Made by a program: the position numbers and the translations under genes
In this document: positions 31,498 to 40,247 of the stretch, piece by piece
Layout: each line of letters begins with the position of its first letter
Numbering within the stretch: position 1 is the stretch's first letter
From: an uncultured Actinomycetota bacterium
GTDB lineage: Bacteria > Actinomycetota > Actinomycetes > Propionibacteriales > Nocardioidaceae
Assembly: GCA_963833975.1 (NCBI GenBank)
Contig: CAWIAB010000004.1
Coordinates: forward strand, 434,586 to 498,585
Length of the DNA stretch: 64,000 nt
Direction: 5' to 3'
The notes under the pieces: generated by a model
What the model saw: only the letters and a program-made list of their open reading frames with translations
Told to the model about the DNA's origin: nothing
Databases searched by the model: none

Positions 31498-32661
31498 ATG
31501 GCCGATCTGCAGGTTCGCGACCTGGTACCCGACGACCACGACGCGGCGCTTGACGTGCGCACGCGATCGTTCGGTCCCCTCTCCGATGGCGGCCGGGCGT
31601 GGTGGCGCGAGCATTTCGAGCGCAACATCGCCGCGCACCGTGGGCTCGGCGTGTTCGCAGACGACAAGGTCGTAGCGATGGCACGGATCCACGGGTACCG
31701 ACAGCTCTGGGGTGGCCGGGCCCTTCCGATGGCCGGCATCGCCGGCGTCGTGGTGGCCCCCGAATGGCGCGGTCGAGGGGTCGCGCGGATGCTTATGATC
31801 GCGGCGATGCAGCGGTCCATCGAGCTGGGCGATGTCGTGTCGGTGCTCTTCCCGGCCGTCTCTACGCCGTACCGGCGTCTTGGCTGGGAGATGGCCGGAG
31901 CAGTGACGAGAACGACGCTGCCGGCGGACGCGCTTCGTCGGCTCGGCGCCCCGGCGGTCCCGGTACGGCGAGCCGGCATCCAGGACACGGACGAGATCGT
32001 TCGGCTGGTCCAGCGTGAGGGGCGCCGCACCCACGCTAGTGGCCCCTTGGAGCTGACGGTCGATGACGTGACCGAGCTGTTGTCGGATGCGGACAACTTC
32101 TGCTACCTCACCAACGACGGCTTCGTTGCCTATGCCTGGCACGAGAACGACCTGCGCGTGGAGCGGCTGGTAGCCGAGAGCCCCGAGACGATCAGGGCGT
32201 TGTGGGCCTTGGTGGGCTCCGGAGCCTCGATCGTCCGTCAGGTCTACACCTACCTCCCCACCCATGACCCGATCCACTGGTTCCTTGACGAGAAAGCGAG
32301 AACCGAGATTCAGGAGGAGCGGTGGATGTTGCGGCTTCTCGACGCGCCGGCAGCGATCGCCGGCCGCGGCTATCCCGCCGGCCTCGACGCGGACGTAGCG
32401 GTCACTCTGGTCGACCCCTGGCTCGCAGGCTGTGGGGGCTCCTTCCGGCTGCGCGTGAGCGCCGGGTCAGGCGAGCTGCGTCCGACCGACCCGGACTCGG
32501 ACGCGGTCGTGCTCGGCCCGAACGGCATGGCGGCCTTGTATGCCGGGACTCCGATGTACACCGTGCGCGCTGCCGGCCTCGCGACCGGCGGCCACCCCGA
32601 CGACGACGCCCTCCTCGACGCGGTCTTCGCCTCGCGCTGTTACCTCATCGACAGCTTCTGA
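31498..32661 (+). CDS. Eis-like GNAT N-acetyltransferase with sterol-carrier-like C-terminal domain
   Basis: Intact 387-aa ORF with the acetyl-CoA motif VVAPEWRGRGVARMLM. Length and architecture are typical of Eis-family proteins. Confidence 0.75.
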   Translation: MADLQVRDLVPDDHDAALDVRTRSFGPLSDGGRAWWREHFERNIAAHRGLGVFADDKVVAMARIHGYRQLWGGRALPMAGIAGVVVAPEWRGRGVARMLMIAAMQRSIELGDVVSVLFPAVSTPYRRLGWEMAGAVTRTTLPADALRRLGAPAVPVRRAGIQDTDEIVRLVQREGRRTHASGPLELTVDDVTELLSDADNFCYLTNDGFVAYAWHENDLRVERLVAESPETIRALWALVGSGASIVRQVYTYLPTHDPIHWFLDEKARTEIQEERWMLRLLDAPAAIAGRGYPAGLDADVAVTLVDPWLAGCGGSFRLRVSAGSGELRPTDPDSDAVVLGPNGMAALYAGTPMYTVRAAGLATGGHPDDDALLDAVFASRCYLIDSF

Positions 32662-32721
32662 TCAGGCCCAGTATCGACCGGCCGGCTTGCGCATGTCTTA
32701 CCGCCTCGGGACCATGAGGAC

Positions 32722-34131
32722 GTGACCACAGACGAGTACGACTACGACCTGCTCGTCATCGGTAGCGGCCCGGGAGGGCAACGTGCCGCAGTTGCCGCCG
32801 CGAAGCTCGGCAAACGGGTGGGCGTCGTCGACCGCCGCAGCATGGTCGGGGGTGTCTGCATCAACACCGGGACCATTCCTAGCAAGACGTTGCGTGAGGC
32901 GGTGCTCTACCTCACCGGCATGGCTCAGCGGGAGATGTACGGCGCAAGCTACCGGGTCAAGGACGACATCCAGATCTCCGACCTGACCGCCAGGACGCAG
33001 CACGTCATCGGCCGAGAGGTCGAGGTCGTGCGCAACCAGCTGCTGCGCAACCACATACACCTGCTGGCCGGCACGGCCACGTTCGTCGATCCCCACACAT
33101 TTCGTGTCGAGGGGCATGAGCGAATCATGGTCTCCGCCGACAAGATCGTGCTCGCGCCGGGCACACAGCCCGCGCGGCCGTCCCACGTCGAGTTCGACGA
33201 TGCTCATGTCGTCGACTCCGACGGCATCCTGGCCCTGGACGCTGTCCCCGCCTCCATGCTCGTGGTTGGCGCCGGCGTCATCGGCATCGAGTACGCATCG
33301 ATGTTCGCGGCTCTGGGCACTCGGGTCACGGTCGTGGACCAGCGACCGAGCATGCTGGACTTCTGTGACGAGGAGATCGTGGAGTCGCTTCGCTTCCACC
33401 TTCGGGACCTGGCCGTCTCGTTCCGGTTCGGCGAGCAGGTAGAGAAGGTCGAGGTCGGCGCCCGAGGCACGATCACCAGTCTGGCGAGCGGAAAGCGGAT
33501 TCCGGCGGAGACCGTGATGTACTCCGCCGGACGCTACGGAGCGACCGGTGAGCTGGATCTGGACAAGGCAGGGGTGATCGCTGACTCCCGTGGACGGATC
33601 CTGGTGGATGGGACGTACCGCACCAACGTCGACCACATCTATGCCGTGGGTGATGTCGTGGGCTTTCCCGCTCTCGCGGCAACCAGCATGGAGCAGGGCC
33701 GACTCGCGGCGCTGCATGCAATGGGCGAGGCCACCCGAAGTCTCACCGCCCTACAGCCGATCGGCATCTACACCATTCCAGAGATCTCGTACGTCGGAGC
33801 CAACGAGTCCGAGCTCACGACACAGGCAGTCCCTTATGAGGTAGGGCTTTCGCGCTATCGAGAGCTCGCGCGAGGTCAGATCGTAGGCGACTCCTACGGC
33901 ATGCTCAAGCTGATCGTGCACGCCACCGAGCGAACCATCTTGGGCGTCCACATCTTCGGCACCGGGGCGACGGACCTCGTCCACATCGGCCAGGCCGTCA
34001 TGGGGTGCGGCGGCACCGTCGACTACCTCGTCGACACCGTGTTCAACTACCCGACGCTCTCCGAGTCGTACAAGGTCGCCGCGCTCGATGCGACGAACAA
34101 ACTGCGAACCCTCGATCGCCTGCTGGGCTGA
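32722..34131 (+). CDS. sthA: soluble pyridine nucleotide transhydrogenase (Si-specific)
   Basis: Intact 469-aa ORF from GTG: [30 protein letters not shown]...[19 protein letters not shown]. It has two Rossmann motifs and a dimerisation domain. Confidence 0.85.
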   Translation: MTTDEYDYDLLVIGSGPGGQRAAVAAAKLGKRVGVVDRRSMVGGVCINTGTIPSKTLREAVLYLTGMAQREMYGASYRVKDDIQISDLTARTQHVIGREVEVVRNQLLRNHIHLLAGTATFVDPHTFRVEGHERIMVSADKIVLAPGTQPARPSHVEFDDAHVVDSDGILALDAVPASMLVVGAGVIGIEYASMFAALGTRVTVVDQRPSMLDFCDEEIVESLRFHLRDLAVSFRFGEQVEKVEVGARGTITSLASGKRIPAETVMYSAGRYGATGELDLDKAGVIADSRGRILVDGTYRTNVDHIYAVGDVVGFPALAATSMEQGRLAALHAMGEATRSLTALQPIGIYTIPEISYVGANESELTTQAVPYEVGLSRYRELARGQIVGDSYGMLKLIVHATERTILGVHIFGTGATDLVHIGQAVMGCGGTVDYLVDTVFNYPTLSESYKVAALDATNKLRTLDRLLG

Positions 34132-34133
34132 AC

Positions 34134-34580
34134 ATGGCGACGTCTGACGACCATTCGCAGCTCAGCGATCTCATCCAGCGGTTCCTTCGGGCAGTCTCAT
34201 TCACTCCGGGGACGCGTCCGACGTACGACGAGATTCATGACCTGTTCACCGATACCGGGACGCTGACGCCAACGAGCTCAGGGACACCCCAGACCATGAC
34301 CGTGTCCCAGTTCGTCGGCTCGCGTTGGGCAATGGTCGACGCAGGCGAGCTCACGGCCTTCTACGAGGGCGAGATCTCTGACATCACGGAGATCTTCGGA
34401 AACGTGGCCCATCGGCTCAGCGTCTATGTGAAGCGCGGTACGGCGACGACCGGGCCGATCGAGTCGCTGGGCGCCATCTCGACGCAGTTCGTCAGGACAC
34501 CCGCCGGCTGGCGAGTTCTCTCGATGATCTGGGACGACGAGCGGCCCGGCCTCGAGCTTCCTCTTCGCTACCGGCCCTGA
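34134..34580 (+). CDS. NTF2/SnoaL-like fold hypothetical protein
   Basis: ATG at 34134 within ORF 34005..34580, 2 nt after the sthA stop. About 148 aa. The family assignment is weak. Confidence 0.5.
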   Translation: MATSDDHSQLSDLIQRFLRAVSFTPGTRPTYDEIHDLFTDTGTLTPTSSGTPQTMTVSQFVGSRWAMVDAGELTAFYEGEISDITEIFGNVAHRLSVYVKRGTATTGPIESLGAISTQFVRTPAGWRVLSMIWDDERPGLELPLRYRP

Positions 34581-35155
34581 GACTCGAGCAGCGGCACGAA
34601 GGCATAGTGACCGACCCGCCGTACCTGGACCCCACCGTCGAGGTCGCGATCCACCACCGAGAGCCGACCCGCCACGGGGATCACCATCCGACCGCCCGGC
34701 GCTACCTGTTCGACGAGGGAGTCGGGCAGCGCGCGAGCCTCTGCGGAGACGAGCACCCGGTCGTACGGCGCGTGCCCTGACAGGCCCAGCCGATCGGGAT
34801 CTGCCTGCTCGATGGTGGCCCACTCGTACTGGTACCCGGTGAGATTGACCCTCCCCCATTCGGTCAGCTCCGGAACCAGCTCGACCCCGAACACCCGTCC
34901 GGTCGGGGTCACCAGCGTGGCGAGCAGCGCGGTGGTCCAACCGGATCCGCTGCCGACGTCGAGCACTCGGTGACCCGGACGCGGATCCAACAGAGCCAGC
35001 ATGTTCCGTACCGTCGTCGGCTGAGAGTTCGTCTGGCCGTGGCCGATGAAGAGAGGTCGATCCTGGTCTGCGTTGCTGCGTTGCTCTTTGGTGAGGAAGT
35101 CCGACCGATCCACCGCGGCGAATGCTGCGCTCAAGCGCTCGGTCTCATCGGTCAT
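34568..35155 (-). CDS. protein-L-isoaspartate O-methyltransferase (PCMT) family methyltransferase
   Basis: Intact 195-aa ORF: IGHGQTNSQPTTVRNMLALLDPRPGHRVLDVGSGSGWTTALLA...PYDRVLVSAEA...APGGRMVIPV. Confidence 0.75.
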   Translation of the reverse strand: MTDETERLSAAFAAVDRSDFLTKEQRSNADQDRPLFIGHGQTNSQPTTVRNMLALLDPRPGHRVLDVGSGSGWTTALLATLVTPTGRVFGVELVPELTEWGRVNLTGYQYEWATIEQADPDRLGLSGHAPYDRVLVSAEARALPDSLVEQVAPGGRMVIPVAGRLSVVDRDLDGGVQVRRVGHYAFVPLLESQGR

Positions 35156-35171
35156 GTCCGGACCTCCGCCC

Positions 35172-35576
35172 TCAGCTGGTCAGCACGTCTCCCGAGCCGA
35201 CGTCGTCGCGACTCACCTTGTCGAGCAGGAGACCGACATTCTGGCCCGCCACGGCGGTGTCGAGCTCCTTGCGGAACATCTCGACGCCGGTCACCTTGAC
35301 CCGTCGCTGCACCTCCCCTTGACGGGTTATCGCCACGGCTGATCCGACCGATACGCTCCCGGAGTCGATCTGCCCCGTGACCACGGTCCCTCGGTTCTTG
35401 ATCACGAAGACGTCTGCGACCGTGAGCCGGAAATCGACCGACGGACTGCCTAGGTTTGCGTCGGCCGAGCCGACATCGGCGACGGCACCGGGACCGGCCG
35501 TGCCCGACGCGTCGACGGACTGTTGGAGCAGATGCTCGGCGTCAACGACCTCGGTCTTACGACGGAACCAGCTCAT
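35172..35576 (-). CDS. stand-alone EF-Tu domain-II-like protein (134 aa)
   Basis: The C-terminal 90 aa ([33 protein letters not shown]...[26 protein letters not shown]...DVGSGDVL) parallels EF-Tu domain II ([25 protein letters not shown]...[25 protein letters not shown]...RGQVL). There is no GTPase domain. The N-terminal 45 aa is low-complexity. Confidence 0.6.
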   Translation of the reverse strand: [134 protein letters not shown]

Positions 35577-35685
35577 GCCTGGAGCCTAATGGTCAGATGC
35601 CGAGTCGTCTGTCCCACAGTCGATTCTGGAGGTGTCGGTCGTCACCGGACACCTCACCGCACTCGCCTGAGACGGAGACGGCCCA

Positions 35686-36540
35686 TCAGTCGAGGAAGCG
35701 AACCGCCAGTCGGTCACTGACCGGGCGATACCCGATCTGTTGATAGATCGAGTTGGACGTCGGGTTGGCCAGATCCGTGAAGAGCACCACCTGGTCGGCG
35801 TGTTCCAGCGCATCGATCGAGCAGGCTGCGGTCACGGCCGCTGCGAAGCCATGCCGTCTGAGGTCGGGAGGGGTATAGACCGGCCCGATCCGCGCAACGC
35901 CGACCGCGGTCTTCTGTCGCGCGGCGAGCGAGACGACCTGGTGCGACTCGTCCTCCCACAGCCACATCCGCCGGTCAGCTATCCGGCCGCGGACAGCCGG
36001 CGCCACATCGCTCCCAGGTAGGCCGACCTCGAGGTGAAAGGCAAGGAACCACTCGACGGCGACATCGGTGTCGCTCTCGACCGCCAGCCGGGCCTGGCCC
36101 AGCGGCAAGGGTGCAGGGGCCACGAGCTCACCCAGACGGTAGAGCCGCATCCGGAAGAACGTCTCGGCTCGCTGGTTGGTGCCTGCCAGCCATCGCGTGC
36201 TGAACTCGTCGACAACCTCGACGTCGCCGTTGGCCCCGGGCAGCCGGGCACCATGACCCCGCAACGCCGCGACCAGGTTCGCCGTACCTTCCTCGGGAAT
36301 GACCGCGAGGATCAGCTCGTACGGCGGAGTCATCAAGATCGCACCGGTGATGACGGACTGACCCGGAGACTCGCACCACCCGAACAGCAGCGGATCGGCG
36401 GACTGCCGGTCGTCCATTCGGCCTTCGCGAACGGAGTCCAGGACGGTCAGCGGCACCGTGTGGCGGACCGGGTCCTCGGCAAGGATTGGTCTGGCCCGCT
36501 CTGCGAACGTCTCGACGTCGTCAGTGAACCTCCACCCCAT
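35686..36540 (-). CDS. GNAT family N-acetyltransferase
   Basis: Intact 284-aa ORF with a C-terminal GNAT core (IGPVYTPPDLRRHGFAAAVTAA...NPTSNSIYQQIGYRP). Confidence 0.8.
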   Translation of the reverse strand: MGWRFTDDVETFAERARPILAEDPVRHTVPLTVLDSVREGRMDDRQSADPLLFGWCESPGQSVITGAILMTPPYELILAVIPEEGTANLVAALRGHGARLPGANGDVEVVDEFSTRWLAGTNQRAETFFRMRLYRLGELVAPAPLPLGQARLAVESDTDVAVEWFLAFHLEVGLPGSDVAPAVRGRIADRRMWLWEDESHQVVSLAARQKTAVGVARIGPVYTPPDLRRHGFAAAVTAACSIDALEHADQVVLFTDLANPTSNSIYQQIGYRPVSDRLAVRFLD

Positions 36541-36561
36541 CGCTCCACGATAGGCGTTTCA

Positions 36562-37401
36562 CTACGACAACGAATGCGTTCTTCGTGCACCCGCTGCTGA
36601 ACCAACCAGCCCCGCAGACATCGACAGTACCGGCACGAGTAGGAGAAGCATCATGCCCGTTCCGAGACTGTCGTTGACCGCGTAGGTCGCGAGGTCGGAG
36701 GCCCCGCTTGTCTTGAAGTCGCGCAGCATCCCGGCGTCGTAGGGCCGTCCGCCGGTAGCCACCGTCGCACCCGTCCAGAGCAGGAACAGCGCGAACCCAG
36801 CGATGAGGGAGGTGAGACCCACGCAGCCGATGCCTGCACCGGGGGCGGTCGACCGTCTCGTCGCCACCCAGCCGACAACAAGAGAGATGAGCGGGCCGAG
36901 CGCGAGCAGCACCATGTCCAGCGTGGCCGATCCGCCCAATGATGAGTCCAAACCCAATGCAAGCCACGAGGCCGCGATGCCCACACCCCCAACCACCGCT
37001 ATCAGCGCAAGGAAGTCGTCCTGCTGCCGAGCACCGAGATTGACGGCGCACGCGACGTACACCACGAGCAGCACGACGAAGATGGCGATCGCGACCCACG
37101 TTCGTGCTCCGGAAACAATGCCCGGGTAGCGGACCAGACCAACCGTGACGACCGCCATGCTGCCTGCCGCGGCGGCCCAAGCCCCCGCTGTGACTGCTCG
37201 CTGCGAGCCTCGAGGAGGTACGGCAAAAGCGATGGAGCGAACGCAACCGAGGGCGAATACCCACCGTGCACGACGGCCTTGCAGCTGTGTGAGCTCAACC
37301 TGCATGGCACGACCCCAATCCGGTCTGTTCGCACCGAAAGCAAAGACGCACGCGTTGAGCATCAGCATCGGCAGGTCTCGACTCTCGCCCGTGACCCTCA
37401 T
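36562..37401 (-). CDS. polytopic membrane protein, partner of the PadR regulator
   Basis: Intact 279-aa ORF with at least 6 hydrophobic segments. Its start overlaps the PadR stop (37398..37401). Confidence 0.6.
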   Translation of the reverse strand: MRVTGESRDLPMLMLNACVFAFGANRPDWGRAMQVELTQLQGRRARWVFALGCVRSIAFAVPPRGSQRAVTAGAWAAAAGSMAVVTVGLVRYPGIVSGARTWVAIAIFVVLLVVYVACAVNLGARQQDDFLALIAVVGGVGIAASWLALGLDSSLGGSATLDMVLLALGPLISLVVGWVATRRSTAPGAGIGCVGLTSLIAGFALFLLWTGATVATGGRPYDAGMLRDFKTSGASDLATYAVNDSLGTGMMLLLLVPVLSMSAGLVGSAAGARRTHSLS

Positions 37402-37706
37402 ACCGGCCCCAGCTGCGCGCGACGCGTAGTCTCCCGCCTCGCCTCGTGACCGACTGCACCGGCCTCGTTCATACCTGCCTCAGTCAGGCGATACAGATGA
37501 CGGGGCGGCCTCCCCGGGTCAGCCGGCTCCCAGGACGACTCCAGCAGGCCACGGTCCGCCAGCCGGATGAGGATGGGATACAGGGAGCCCGATTTCAGCC
37601 CCAGCTCGACGCACAGGTCATAGCCATAACGCCATCGTGTCTGATCAGCGGCGAGCGCGTGGAGAAGCACGACGGTTTGAGTGGAGTGGCCGCGGCGACG
37701 CTGCAT
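37398..37706 (-). CDS. PadR family transcriptional regulator
   Basis: Intact 102-aa ORF: VLLHALAADQTRWRYGYDLCVELGLKSGSLYPILIRLADRGLLES. Confidence 0.85.
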   Translation of the reverse strand: MQRRRGHSTQTVVLLHALAADQTRWRYGYDLCVELGLKSGSLYPILIRLADRGLLESSWEPADPGRPPRHLYRLTEAGMNEAGAVGHEARRETTRRAQLGPV

Positions 37707-37712
37707 GCACTA

Positions 37713-37729
37713 ACTCTACTCATGTAGAG
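37713..37729 (-). promoter_or_regulatory. candidate leaderless padR promoter (-10 TAGAGT) overlapped by an inverted repeat CTCTAC-N4-GTAGAG
   Basis: On the sense strand, TAGAGT ends 6 nt before the padR ATG (37706). The 16-bp inverted repeat spans 37714..37729. Confidence 0.4.
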
Positions 37730-37770
37730 ATAGCGTGGCAAGGAAACAGTGCGTTCGTGCGCCCCTCGGA

Positions 37771-39000
37771 CTACAGCTCGGTCAGGCGGCGTTGCAACAG
37801 GCGTCGCTCAGGCTGCCCGGAGGGAGCAAGATGGAGCGCCTCGAGATAGGCGTCTCGCGCCTCATCGGTCAAGCCCAGCCGGCGTAGGAAGTCTGCACGC
37901 GCAGCCGGCAGCAGGTAGTAGCCGGCGAGCGCGGTGGCATCCAGCGCGTCAAGCTCAGCCAGGCCGGCGTTGAAGCCATCGCGGAACCCGACGGCGATGG
38001 CCCGGTTCAAGGCGATCACGGGTGACGGTTGGGTCGCGTAGAGAGCGTCGTACAGGCTGACGATCGTGCGCCAGTCAGTGACCTCAGCCTTCGGCGCCCC
38101 GACATGGCAGGCAGCAATCTGGGCCTGGAGTCGGTAGGGTCCGGGCGGTCGTCCCGAGCGAGCCGCTCGATACAGGTCACGCCGCCCGGCCTCGATGAGG
38201 GACGCATCCCAGCGGCCGCGGTCCTGCTCCTCCATCGGGACAAGGTCGCCGCGGGCATCGAACCGGGTCGAGCGCCGAGCCAGCTGCAACGTGACCAACG
38301 CCAACAGTCCGAGAGCCTCGTCCTCACGGGGCATCAGGTCGACCAGCAACCGGGTCAGCTCCAGCGCCTCGCCCGCGAGCTGGTCGTCGTACTGGCCATA
38401 GCCCTGGTTGAAGATCAGATAGAGCACGATCAGCACGCCGGCAGTGCGCTCGGGGAGCAGCTCCTCGGGTGGCACCCGATACGGGATGGCTGCGTTGGAG
38501 ATCTTTCGCTTGGTCCGCAACAGGCGTTGCGACATGGTGGCCTCGGAAACCAGGAACGCGCGGGCGATCTCGGCGGTGCTCAGGCCGCCCACCGTCTTCA
38601 GCGTCAACGCCACCCGACCCTCGAGGGCGAGTGCCGGATGACAGCAGGTGAAGATCAACCGCAGCCGGTCATCGGTCCCAGGCGCATCCTCGTCTGCAGC
38701 ACCCCGGGCAGCCTCATCCAAGATCGCTCGCTGCTGGAGCTTTGCACGTTCGGTCGTGCGGCGACGCAGGACGTCGAGTGCCCGGTTCCTGGCTACTGTC
38801 GTGAGCCAGGCCGCCGGTGACCGCGGCACCCCGTCACCGGGCCAGACCATGAGGGCCTTCTCGACCGCATCCTGCACGCAGTCCTCGGCCAGGTCCCAGT
38901 CGCCAGTGAGCCTGATCAGGGTCGCGACCATGCTGGCGCGTTCCGCTGCCACGGCCGAGGCTGCTGCCTCGGCCGTGGCCTGGTGTGCGTCCGTGGTCAA
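37771..39000 (-). CDS. ECF-type sigma-70 factor with long C-terminal TPR-like extension (ECF42-like)
   Basis: Intact 409-aa ORF with sigma region 2 (DLAEDCVQDAVEKAL...WLTTVARNRALDVLRR) and region 4 (LSTAEIARAFLVSEATMSQRLLRTKRKI), plus about 220 extra C-terminal residues. Confidence 0.8.
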   Translation of the reverse strand: MTTDAHQATAEAAASAVAAERASMVATLIRLTGDWDLAEDCVQDAVEKALMVWPGDGVPRSPAAWLTTVARNRALDVLRRRTTERAKLQQRAILDEAARGAADEDAPGTDDRLRLIFTCCHPALALEGRVALTLKTVGGLSTAEIARAFLVSEATMSQRLLRTKRKISNAAIPYRVPPEELLPERTAGVLIVLYLIFNQGYGQYDDQLAGEALELTRLLVDLMPREDEALGLLALVTLQLARRSTRFDARGDLVPMEEQDRGRWDASLIEAGRRDLYRAARSGRPPGPYRLQAQIAACHVGAPKAEVTDWRTIVSLYDALYATQPSPVIALNRAIAVGFRDGFNAGLAELDALDATALAGYYLLPAARADFLRRLGLTDEARDAYLEALHLAPSGQPERRLLQRRLTEL

Positions 39001-39341
39001 TCCTCGTCAGTCCAGAACGGACGGATCTCGAGCTTCCCGCCGTTGGCTTGCGGGTGCCGTGCAGCGATCTCGATGGCTTCGTCCAAGTTGTCGCACTCCA
39101 AGATGTCGAAGCCGGCGATCCACTCTTTCGACTCGGTGAACGGGCCATCGGTGACCAGCACCTGCCCTCGGCTGATCCTGACCGTGGTGGCGTCGCTGAC
39201 TGGACGTAGCCGGTCGCCGGTGAGGCGTTTCCCCCGACCGTCGACATCATCCAGCCACTGCTCGATGGTCAGCTCATCGGCTATCGGCTCTGCCTCGGCA
39301 GCCGCCGCGGGGTCGGAAACGACGAACATCATGTATTTCAT
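38997..39341 (-). CDS. YciI/DGPF family protein
   Basis: Intact 114-aa ORF; AGGAG lies 8 nt before the ATG. The stop overlaps the sigma-factor start. Sequence MKYMMFVV...DGPFTESKEWIAGFDILECDNLDEAIEIA. Confidence 0.8.
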   Translation of the reverse strand: MKYMMFVVSDPAAAAEAEPIADELTIEQWLDDVDGRGKRLTGDRLRPVSDATTVRISRGQVLVTDGPFTESKEWIAGFDILECDNLDEAIEIAARHPQANGGKLEIRPFWTDED

Positions 39342-39380
39342 GGGTTTGCACTCCTGGCTAGGTTGTCTTGACGAAGATAC

Positions 39381-39408
39381 GACGATCGGGAGACGTACGG
39401 ATCCGACA
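39381..39408 (-). promoter_or_regulatory. ECF-type promoter-like motif TGTCGGAT-N16-CGTC upstream of the yciI-sigma operon
   Basis: Sense strand: TGTCGGAT (39408..39401), a 16-nt spacer, then CGTC (39384..39381), 40 nt before the ATG at 39341. Motif assignment is from memory of ECF autoregulated promoters, so confidence is low. Confidence 0.3.
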
Positions 39409-39434
39409 CGTCGGGTCAGCAGAATCCATGACGA

Positions 39435-39926
39435 CTACAGCACCACCCATTGACGGCCGTCGATCAGCTCTCGTACGGCGTCGAGATGTCCGGCGTGTAC
39501 GGCGGTCTCGGTGATCACATGCATCATCACCGAGCGCAGATCCGGGAACTCCATGCCCCAGCTGGCCCATTCTGGATCGGGCCGCTTCGGAGCGGCGTCC
39601 ATGGCCGTCACCGCCAGGATCTCGTCGGCGCGGCGAATCTCCCCCCGGTACGCCTCTACGACTGCATCGGCGGGCTCGTCCGGCCCGACCAGCCAGTCGC
39701 CGTTCGGCTCCTTCGGAAAGTAGTCGAGCGATTCGCCAGCGACGACGCAGCGAAACCAGTAGTGCTCGTCTGACAACGCCAGATGCTGGACGAGGCCAAG
39801 ACAGCTCCAGCCTGAAGGGAGCACCGGTCGGCGTAGCTGCTCATCCGACAGACCCTCCAGGCTGCCGAGCACATGCCGGCGTTGCGCGTCCAGCTGCCCG
39901 CGGAGTACGGCTCTCTCGCGGCTCAC
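39435..39926 (-). CDS. DinB-family (mycothiol-transferase-like, DUF664) protein
   Basis: Intact 163-aa ORF: LDAQRRHVLGSLEGLSDEQLRRPVLPSGWSCLGLVQHLA...ETAVHAGHLDAVRELIDG. Confidence 0.8.
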   Translation of the reverse strand: MSRERAVLRGQLDAQRRHVLGSLEGLSDEQLRRPVLPSGWSCLGLVQHLALSDEHYWFRCVVAGESLDYFPKEPNGDWLVGPDEPADAVVEAYRGEIRRADEILAVTAMDAAPKRPDPEWASWGMEFPDLRSVMMHVITETAVHAGHLDAVRELIDGRQWVVL

Positions 39927-40071
39927 CGGTGAGGCTCCGTCGTACGGCGAGACGTTGGGCCTGGCCTATGCGTACCAATCGAGTCGACCATCGTGCGTCC
40001 TTCCGTTGTCAGTGTCACCTACCAATCGACGTACGGGACAGGTCCTGATCCGACAGCCGTTGCTGGAAAAC

Positions 40072-40247
40072 GGACCGAACTGGCAGCTCAACCCGGCCGG
40101 ACTGGCATCTCAACCGGACCGGAGTGGCATCTCAACCGGACCGGACTGGCATCTCAAGCGGACCGGAGTGACATCTCAACCGAACCGGAATGACATCTCA
40201 ACCGGACCGGAGTGACATCTCAACCGGAGCCGGACTGGCAGCTCAAT
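40072..40247. repeat. tandem array of eight 22-bp units (consensus + strand GGACCGGACTGGCATCTCAACC)
   Basis: Units at 40072, 40094, 40116, 40138, 40160, 40182, 40204 and 40226, read directly. Variants are TGGCAT / TGACAT / TGGCAG. It overlaps the 3' end of the meaA-like ORF. Confidence 0.9.

Noticed and set aside
39955-40215. ORFs translated through the repeat arrays (39955..40215, 39993..40193, 61147..61614, 61169..61369, and the N-terminal part of 60755..61222)
   Set aside because: Their periodic 22-aa sequences are simply the 22-bp repeat read in three frames. There are no start signals and they overlap better-supported genes.
40072-40247. Possible CRISPR array (also 61127..61334)
   Set aside because: Units are contiguous 22-mers with no unique spacers, the period is too short, and there are no cas genes. 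These are tandem repeats, not CRISPR.
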